From Eledone cirrhosa (taxonomy: Eukaryota): a stretch of DNA of 64,000 nucleotides. Positions 53,317 to 64,000 of this stretch are shown in pieces. Each line of letters opens with the position of its first letter. Within the stretch, counting starts at the first letter, position 1. Made by a program: the position numbers and the translations under genes. The notes beneath the pieces are model-generated. The model ran no database searches. It was given only the letters and a program-made list of their open reading frames with translations, and was not told where the DNA came from. The stretch covers positions 26,908,001-26,972,000 of the forward strand of contig OZ024745.1 of NCBI GenBank assembly GCA_964016885.1, written 5' to 3'.

Positions 53317-55310
53317 TAAAATAACAGATTAAAGTTTAAGCAAAGAATCGCTGCTTTCACCCTTAACGGGCTGAAAGTGAAGTCATATTCCTTCTTAAAG
53401 GGCTAATAAAAGAATGGGTATGCATGTAAAGACGCTGCTTGAATCTATTGGTGGTTAACCCTATGTAGGCCCTACGGGACGTGGGTGTCTCAACCTTACA
53501 TTTGTAGACAATGTTACTAGAGAGGCATTTCCCGGATAGGGGCAGTCAACCCGATTCTTACAATTACAGTTAGTACTAGCTACAGGGTTGCATGTGTTCC
53601 TACGGCTAGGTAATTTAGCTAAATTTGAAGCAGTGATGTTATCTGCAAGGTTAGGAGTCGTAGAATAAGAAATTTTAATGGTATTTCTATTAAAAATGTT
53701 ATTATATTTATGTGCTGGGGGGGGGGGGGGGATGCTTCATAATAAGGGAGAGAAAGATCTTAGCTAATGGTGTGGCCACTTCCATATTATATGGTGGGTT
53801 ATACCATATAATGCGTCGGGATCTATTTTCCTAGGTCTATGCTCATACTCGGTATATGCTACCTTATCGACAAATCCACTCCGATCAAGAGCTTCATTGT
53901 AATATGTGGAATGGTCGGTGAAAATATGCTCGTTTGTAGATAGACGGGAAAGCCTCAAATAAACATTTCTTACCAGGTTCTTGGTTATGCTGGCAGGATG
54001 GTTAGAATGCTTGCTTATGTAATTAAGCATATCATTCGGCTTTCTATACGGGTACTGCAAGCCATTCGACAAATTGAGGGTAACGTCGAGGTAATTAACG
54101 ACCGAGAGGTTGGCTTCAACCTGTATGGAGAGGTTGAAGCCTTTAAAGAAGGCTGTGAGTTTTTTCTGAACCTGTCACAAGCGCGTGGGCCGCACTTTGT
54201 CATGGTCAAAAGACCATCATCACGGTACAAACCACCGCCCATGTTGGGGAATTCTTCCTTGATAGAGAAAAGAAGGAAAAGGACGATAGGAATAGTAACC
54301 TCCGCAGAATCGCTGGCGCCCATACTCACATCGAATGGGGTACTATTAAATTTGTTAATCCAAATAGAGTCGTCGAAATCACCGACTTACGGGCATTGAG
54401 GATGACCTCAACTTCGAAATCCTTAACCACCGTGAGCGTTTTAGCGAAATTGATAGCCCGAAGAAGGAGTGGTAAAGTGATAGAGGAGTAGTAATTATTG
54501 ATGTCGAATTGGATAAAACGGCAATGTTCCTTGTTGCATATGCCGTTGAACCAATCAATCACCGCGAAAGAATTGTTCCACAGTGCAAGAGGGGCTAAGC
54601 TTCTAATTTCAGGTATAATTCTATCTAAAATCCTTTTACTAAATCTACCTAAATCGGACTTCGTGGGGTTAATAAGCCGAATAGAGGGGTTGTTCGGGAA
54701 ATTGGATTTGTGATCCTTCAGAGTAAAGTGGGGAAAAATAGGATCCAGAGGTTCAGTCCGGTCCATGAAGTTAAGATCAGAGGTGATTTTAAACCCAGCA
54801 TCGTTGATGTCATTAATGACACTCCGATTAGTTTTACGGTAATCCTTAGTTACAGCATTATGTAGCAGTTGGTGGTAAGTACTGCTCTCCACTTGATATA
54901 GATTGCCAGTTTTGTCGGAGTGGACGTGCACGGCATTAGAATCCTTAATAGAACGAATTCTATTCTTCAGCTCCTGCTGGAAGGAATTGCTCCTATCCGA
55001 AATTTGATACTCCGTATGAGTTCCAAGACATCATTTTCGAAGGGTAGCAGTGCTGGGTTACTCGGAGGGTTATTGTAGGTTTTAAACACAAATTTATCTT
55101 GTTTGTTGTCCGCTTTTCGCTAATTATCGAAATAAAAGGCACGCCAACGCAACCTTTTAATGAACGAGTCTGTTTTCTGTATCAGGAGTTTTAGGTATTT
55201 CTTCCTCCTTGGTACGGGTATGTTTTTTGTAGAAATATTCAGATGTTGTTTCTGCATGATGAATATAAGTCAATAGAGTGCTCAACCGAGGGAGCCAAAT
55301 AGTAATAATC
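53312..55310 (-). mobile_element. Decayed Penelope-like element, GLYRDDGL-type RT (possibly Hydra clade), ending in family D pLTR
   Basis: ATG 55257; STKNIP, KRLRWRA, SDKT, LKDHK..RLINPTKS, FIQFDI, FDVSMG, GLYRDDGL, CNC..CP, IVYKCKV..AYIGLT..FKQR. Confidence 0.88.
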
Positions 55311-55343
55311 ATAAATTTGAAGACTAAAATCCAAATTTCTACA

Positions 55344-55534
55344 TACGAGGTAGGCTGAAATATCCATAGGCTGTCTATGATGGAGATCTGCTGGAGCTTG
55401 CATGCATTAATTTCAACTCTTTTTATTTATAACTGCATTGTTTCTTTCGGGGACTATGTTAAAAAATAAATCTCATTTGGTCATTCCATGACAGTATCTT
55501 GGCCAGCTGATGAGCTTTTCAGCCGACTCTCGTA
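55344..55534. mobile_element. Mariner-type MITE with TA ends
   Basis: TACGAGGTAGGCTGAAA ... TTTCAGCCGACTCTCGTA. Confidence 0.8.
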
Positions 55535-56024
55535 TATATACATATATATATTATGTTATTTTTTATTACCTTTTACATATATATATGTATGTGTGCAGTG
55601 GCGGACTAGGTCTAAAAATATTGGTTGCCACATGAAGGGGGGCCCACCTACATATAGAATGCTATCGTTTAATTTTTATAATGAATAAATAACATTTTCA
55701 AAAAATACATAAGTGGAAACAAAACAGTGCAATCAAATTTTTGCGGGAAAATATTTTACCTTCTCCAATAAAAAATATTATGTATTTTGTGAAATCCAGA
55801 GGTCGACACCAAATATTACTAATAGCTCTAGGAAAGCCATGAACGACACCATATCTTTTTAACTTTGATTTTGAAATTGTACTTTTGTAGCTAGTTGGAG
55901 GAATCATAGACGGTGGTGATACTGGTCTGAAGTTCGATCCAGGTCTGGAGTAGGGTTCCCGGTAAACCTTTTCAGTTTGTTTTTCTATAGATTGTAAAAT
56001 AAAAACTGAAAAATGTTTACAAGT

Positions 56025-56092
56025 ACCTCTTGACCAGGATTGAACCCAAGGAAAGTATCTCCACCGTCTCTAGTACCTACCGCTAGGCCACA
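56025..56092 (-). mobile_element. tRNA-like Pol III head (SINE relic)
   Basis: Minus: A box TGGCCTAGCGG, B box GGTTCAATCC. Confidence 0.5.
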
Positions 56093-56425
56093 GAAACAAT
56101 TAAGAAAATCTGGTAAAAATTCATACTTATAAACCTACTTTCCAAATTTTCAAAACAAAGTGTTGTGGCGTCGTTCATGTCTTTCTTAATGTTATTACTC
56201 CTACTTAAGGTTAACTTCTAAATCATTTGGGGGTTCCATAAACTGCATCCGCGTTTTGTTTCTCATCTATCTAAACTACATTTTAACCTGTAATCCATGT
56301 TTCATCTCTGTTCGACCTCATTTCTCCCCCTCCTCTCTCGCTCTCCCTCTCTCGCCCCCCTCTCTCTCTTTCTCTCTGCGATATGTTTTTGCATGTCAGT
56401 TAAATTCAAACTTACAATGATTGGC

Positions 56426-56473
<48 letters not shown>

Positions 56474-56739
56474 GCCAATCATTGTACTAAGGTATAAGGA
56501 AAATAAAAATACCCGTTAGAAGAAATTGTGACCATCTCTCATCGAATCAACTTGGTGTAATTAAAAATAAAATAATAATAATAATGCACGCATGCATAGA
56601 TCTACCAACAAGGTAAATATTTGTACATACAGACAAAGTGACAGGCCTAAAATATCACTAGAAATACCACTCAATACGGGCTGTTAATCATATTTCTTCC
56701 AGAGAAGGATAGAGACGGAAAGAAAGAAATATAGAGGAA

Positions 56740-56895
56740 GTATCGACACCAGTACTTGAATGGTACTTTTCTTATCGAACTCAAATGTTTGAAAGGCGAA
56801 GTTGACCTCAGTGGGATTTCAACACAAATAACATAGGTGAAAAGAATACCGCAAAGCATTCTATCCGAGGTTCTATACTGCCAATTCGCCGCCTA
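56740..56895 (-). mobile_element. Diverged SINE family A
   Basis: Body motif and head remnants. Confidence 0.65.
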
Positions 56896-57295
56896 TTATA
56901 CTACATACAATACGGCAAAGACAAAGGCGAAATCTCTTAACATATTTCTAAAATATCTAACACAATCGTCAACGGTAAACCCAGTATTTAATGTAAATAA
57001 TTTGATTTACCAATAGACATTGAAAATAGAAAATTTGAGCGGGGAACTCTGTATTAGAACACTTTACAATTGTTTCTGTGCATGAGATACTATTTATTTT
57101 CTTATTCCGGAAACTTACATCGAGTTTCTGTGTATTTTTACACTTTGGAGATTTCTTTGGAGAATATTTCTACCTTGCAGTTGAACGGAGTATTCTACTC
57201 CCGTATCCGTTCTTATGCAATTTATCGGAAGGTGCATTTCTAAAACAAATCGTCTATTCAGAGTGAACATATTTGGTATATATATATATATATAT

Positions 57296-58107
57296 CGGAT
57301 AACAAGTTATCGTTTTAGGTAATCCAGTTAGAGGTTGTGAGTACTCTGTATTGTGGATAGTTTTAACGTACGGCGTTGTTTGACTCAACAAGAGGTTTCC
57401 ATAGTTAGGTAGCGAGTTTGCAAGTATTCCCATGCAGGTTATTCTTGGAGTAATAATAGTGAAAGATTGAAGAATAAAATGGTTGGCTGTACAAAAAGGG
57501 TTTTATTTCAAGTATTAACAATTGTATCATTGATCAGGTGAGTCTAATCACTCGACCTTAAATATAGTGTTTACCTCTGATCAAATCATCGGAATACTGG
57601 AGGTTTTTTAATTTATTATTTTTTATCTTTTATCTGTCATTTGTTAATTTTTTATTTCCTACTCTAGCCCTCTGAGATTTGACCCCCACGTATATATGTA
57701 TGTATTTGATGTTGCTTTTCATGTTAGTACTATCTTTACACATACACCTACTCACTATCACCACTATTATCAGCAATCGCATTCTGTACTTATTATTTTC
57801 TTTATTTATCTTTTTACTTTTTTTTTACATTTGAACCATCTTCATTCTATCTTCTTTACCTCTTTATCATTATCTTTTATTATTAATGTTACTGTTTTGA
57901 TTCTCCGTTGTATCTCTATATATACCAATGCCATATGCAAAACCTCCAGTATTCCGATGATTTGATCAGAGGTAAACACTGTATTTAAGGTCGAGTGACG
58001 CAACTTCGAGTGATTAGCAGCCCTTAGACTCACCTGATAGATGAAACAATTGTTAATACTAGAAATAAAACCTTTTTGTACAGCCGACCATGTTATTCTT
58101 AAATCTT

Positions 58108-58111
<4 letters not shown>
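57296..58111. mobile_element. Inverted pair of PLE pLTR-like sequences (family E) in (TA)n
   Basis: 57457-57606 is the reverse complement of 57939-58112; only the left copy has the extra tail. Confidence 0.75.
57948..58060 (+). ncRNA. Variant type I hammerhead motif with large stem II insert
   Basis: agtatt-CCGATGA-t-ttgatcag..ctgat(ag/ca)a-t-GAAA-CAATTG-TT-aatact. Confidence 0.6.
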
Positions 58112-58154
<43 letters not shown>

Positions 58155-58182
58155 ATGTATAATAAACAATACAATATAATTA

Positions 58183-58250
58183 CCTCATTACCAGAGGTTT
58201 CCCGAATAAGATTAATACAAGAAACGTCCGCATTCGTTCGTCAGACAAGG
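58183..58250 (-). ncRNA. Canonical type I hammerhead ribozyme
   Basis: ccttgt-CTGACGA-a-cgaat..attcg-g-GAAAC-ctctg-GTA-atgagg; all three stems pair. Confidence 0.8.
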
Positions 58251-58259
58251 AAATTTATA

Positions 58260-58298
<39 letters not shown>

Positions 58299-58670
58299 CC
58301 ACATACACATACATAAACACCACCTTACAACTTTTACAAAGGGTGTAAAGATATACAGATATAGAGACTGATAGGTTTTTTAAGGGCTCTTTGAAATATG
58401 ATTTGGATATAAGTCGTTGTCAGTAGCCTTCTGGTAAGTGTGTTATGTTAGTTGTGTTATGATGCCAATGCGTCATTCATCAAAATGAAAATAAATTAGT
58501 TCAATCCTACACTCACGACGAAACTGAAATTGACGTTGACGAATAAATGTTGGCGATGACGAAATATAAGTTGACAAGGATGAATTTAACGTTGACCGTG
58601 ACTAGTTTGAGTGAGATACTCTGTATATATATGTATATATATATATATATATAAATGACCATATATATAT

Positions 58671-59752
<1,082 letters not shown>

Positions 59753-61422
59753 TTAAATTCAATTCCTTTGATCCACAGGACCTCACACAAATGGATTTGT
59801 ACTGTTGTAATCTGAAGCATACTGTTGTAAATTTAATCTTTCAATGTTTACAAGACTTTTGTTTTTGTTTTCTTTCATTTGTATAGTATTACTGTTACCA
59901 TATATTTATTATTTTGATTTTCGCTGCCTATCATTTATACGTGTTTGTTTGTTTTTTTGTTGTTTCTTTTTCATATGTTAAACAAAATTTTAACTTAATT
60001 GCTATGGGTTATCTGCCCTTGCTTGTCTAAATGTTTATATCAATAAACTTTACCACCATTTTGTAACAGTCTCTCTACAGCTAATACGGCATGTATTTGT
60101 TTTTTCCGTTTGTTTATTTATCTTATTTTATTATTATTTTGTTTCATTTCAAGTATTTCTGGGGATTTCGCTTTTGTTTCTGTTTTTGTTATTGTTTTTT
60201 TTATTTTGTTTTTTTGTTTTTCATTTGTATAAAGAGTCAAGAGACCTGATATCTCTCTTGTGTTCTTAAGTTATACTCTGCTATTGCTCTTTTTTCTAAA
60301 TCTACTAAGAAAGTTGGTAAGACAAAATACAGCAAACTAAAAGAAAACTTCTCAAAACTAATATCTCCAGTCAGGTTTCTCTGACAAAATGTCTCCTATA
60401 GCCCTCCATTTTCGAAAATAAATATTTATTTATTCATTTATTTATTGAAGTTCTCTTCAAACTGCTGACATGTTCTGAATTTGATTTTAGAATTGGAGAT
60501 CAGAATTCTTAGTACAACATTACAATTTTTTCTCTTTTTCTTTTCTTTTTCGATTTATATTGTTGTCCTTTAAAAATAAAAAAAATGAAAACACTTGTAA
60601 AAGTTTCAGCTTTATTTCACCTCAGACACAAAACTTAAGACTGAAAAAACACAGCGGGGGTAAAATAAAGAATATAAAGTAAAAATGTTTTTGTTTTTTT
60701 TTTAAAGAATTCGAAAGTAATAAAGAAAAAGAGCGCGAGAGACGTGCGCTAATGTTGACTATTCAAGGAAAAGTCCTCCCTCGAAGATAAGACGAAAGTT
60801 TTGACTGTGTTTTGCCTCAATCTGACCTGTAAATGTCAGACAGAAGCTTGAAACTTATAGTCTCATATTTACATCATTAAGAGAATAATGGTCGTAGCGA
60901 TAGCATCTGTGACGAAAGATTTGGAACAAATTTTGTTAAGCTAAGAAAAATATATAGAAAGTTAAAAAACAAAAAAAAACAGAATAAGGTGGAGAATGTT
61001 AATAAAATAAACATTATTTGAAATGTCGATACGAGTATTTTGCAAAGATATTGTCCTCCGGTGTAAATGTTTGAAAAGCAATTCAATCATATGTTGTATT
61101 TTGTTTTTTATTTTGTTTTGTTATTTTGTGGATGCGGTAGGGGAGGCTGCAACAAAATGTCAGCTATTTCTTTTTAATGTTACATGCAGTATGTCTAATG
61201 TAAGAGAATACTTTTAGGGTCAAATGACAATAGTTAATAGAGTTTAGTGTATGTATCAGTCTGTAGTATGTCCCAATATAAAATAAAAACTTGCAGACCT
61301 GGCTACGATCCAGTCATTAGCCAATATTTCACTTCACACATATGTTCTACGGCTGTCATTGAGATCGATCTTCAATTGTATTTCCTTTATATATATGACT
61401 CTATAGTTATTGCTAGTTTTTA

Positions 61423-61756
<334 letters not shown>

Positions 61757-61972
61757 ATATATATATATATATATATATGAATTCATCAGTGATCTTCCAA
61801 CCATCCTCCAACCATATTACTGCCACCGAATGAAGCATTTTTTTAATTTTATATTAGTAGAGCTGACTTTAGGTTCTAATAGTGACTGTCTCTAGCACTT
61901 TGGTTTACCTATACTTTTGTTTGACAATATGATTAATATTTTTATGTATTAATTAATATTTTAATACATTTT

Positions 61973-62107
<135 letters not shown>

Positions 62108-62209
62108 GACAGTGCAAATATTATTTAGAATCAGAATGTGTTTTCTTCACAATTTTATTCCCCTCTAAACTGATCTGCTCGCTAAACAACATAACTACTC
62201 ATATATTTC

Positions 62210-62480
62210 TTCTTCAAGCTAGAGCAGCCAAATTCATAGATATTATCCAGCCATCTTGCTCCGAGTCTATTCCTGGCTCTCCTGCTGGTTGGTTTTTTCC
62301 TCTTAAAATCTATCCAGCAATTCTTTCCTGAGACATTCTAACCACATGCCCGTAATATCGGAGCTGTGATCTTTCAATTCGGAGAAGTAGCGCCTCTACC
62401 TGGAGTGACTTTCTGAACTCCGAGTTAAAGCATGGGAGGACTTTAGGGAATCCGACTTCAGATCAACAAATAAAGTGATC
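62210..62480 (-). pseudogene. Expander/Rex3-like RTE relic
   Basis: RKSLQVEALLLRIERSQLRYYGHVVRMSQER..ARWLDNI. Confidence 0.75.
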
Positions 62481-63280
62481 TGGCAGATCATCGACAGACT
62501 TTTATATAGTTGAAAGAAATTGCATTATATTGTCCCAGTGGATCAGTTAAAATGAACAGACTTATATAAATTTATTATTTCCGCCATTTAATGTTATTTT
62601 CTCTTTATTTTGTTCTGTGTTTATATCCACTACCACCACCACCATCATCATAATCATCACCACCACCATACTCTTTATATCAGTAGGTATTTTTTGTTGT
62701 TTATTTTTTATATATCCCACTATTTTCTTTGTCATGTTAATGTTTTCGTTAACCTATTTGCTTCTTATATTTTCTTTTCTCGTCTTTTTCTTTATTTTCT
62801 TTTATATATTTTCCCACCACTTCTCTCCTTTTTTGTTGTTGTGGTTCTAGTTGGTGTTGTTATTGTTGTGCTTTTTGTAAAAAAAAAGCTGCAAAGTTTG
62901 CCAGAAGTGTTTCAGTTATTTACCTACCTATGGTGTTGAATATTTGTCGGTCTTTTTTTATTATTTTCTTCGTCGGCGGAGCAGGGTGCGCCATTTCTAT
63001 TGCATTTATGCCGGATAAGGATATCGGTGATTTTTTATTTAGGGGAGGGGGGTACCAGTTTTGTGACAGTACCCATGACCTCTTTATTTTTTTTATTTAT
63101 TTTTTGCATGATAGGACCTCAGAGATTGGTCGAAGAAAAGAAGGAAGTTATCCTCAAACCAGCAAGGCAACTGATCTTAAAACGCTTCTTTTTGTTATTA
63201 CTGTAAGGAGTCTGACCATGGCTTTTAAAAACGATCTGCCTTTAAGTGTATACTTCACTTGCTAATTTTTAAAACAAGAA

Positions 63281-63660
63281 ATAATTGTTTCTACTATTGG
63301 CACAAGGCCAGCAATTATCAGTGCATTACTGGTACTTTATTTTATCGACCTCGTAAGGATGAAAGGCAAAGTTAACCTCGGCGGGATTTGAACTCAGAAT
63401 AGCAAGGGCCGTAACTCTATGCCTCAAAGAATGGCGTCCGCTCCTCTACCGATACTGCCAATCCTAATGATTTCTAATTTAGGCACAAAGCCAACAATTT
63501 GAAAAAGTCGATTGCGAAGACTCCATCGTCTGGTACTTTATTTTATCGACCTCGAAAGAAAGAAACTTTGCCGAGACTAAACTCAGAACTTAGAAAGTTA
63601 TAACTAAAATCTGCTAAGTATTTTGTCCGATGTTCTATCGATACTGTCAGTCGACCACCC
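63281..63660 (-). mobile_element. Two SINE family A copies (young 63281-63444, old 63466-63660)
   Basis: Family match. Confidence 0.85.
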
Positions 63661-64000
63661 TGAGAACAGTGGTAACTCTCAGGAGAGTTAATAGTTAGTC
63701 ATAGAAACGATTGATTTTATTTTGTATTTGTTTTATCTTTATTGCAATAAAATATATACAAAATATAATAAACGCGATTCTAAAATCGAATATAGGCTGT
63801 TCATGATTTTACTAAAACGAATAACGTAGGGGGGAGTATTTTCCTTCACAAATATAAAACGAATGTTCCAATCAGAATGAAATATTTTGAGGTAATAGAT
63901 TTTTGATTATTGGAAATAAAAATATTTTCCATTGATTTCAGCTCAGATTACAAACGATCAATATTCTTGCAGTTGAAATGATAGGTACATGACAAGCGTT

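Noticed and set aside
55505-55525. CTGATGAG as a hammerhead core
   Set aside because: Lies in a mariner MITE TIR; no GAAA or stems
55597-55650. hAT-like terminus CAGTGGCGGAC
   Set aside because: No matching opposite TIR or 8-bp TSD found
56025-56092. True tRNA gene
   Set aside because: A and B boxes only; no complete cloverleaf

Overview
AT-rich, microsatellite-saturated eukaryotic DNA. The SINE families and repeat style suggest an octopus/cephalopod genome (inferred). No host protein-coding exon was recognisable, and almost all short ORFs in the track are microsatellite artefacts. The window is a nest of retroelements sorted by microsatellite target. (1) An intact R4/Dong-type RLE non-LTR retrotransposon (1130 aa) sits in (TAA)n. 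(2) Two further R4-like families sit in (CATA)n. (3) An RTE LINE has C-terminal C2H2 fingers and a (TGTA)n tail, with truncated and twin-primed copies and a ~610-bp bipartite non-autonomous derivative. (4) Two Penelope-like elements (PLEs; RT+GIY-YIG) and many short PLE pLTR-like pieces lie mostly in or beside (TA)n. Those pieces carry type I hammerhead ribozyme motifs (two with canonical cores, several recurrent variants, several half-ribozymes) and show stereotyped fold-back inversions. Also present: tRNA-derived SINEs, mariner/Tc1 MITEs, a Helitron-like element, a CRE-clade fragment, older LINE relics and minisatellites. All alignments and RNA folds were done by eye.
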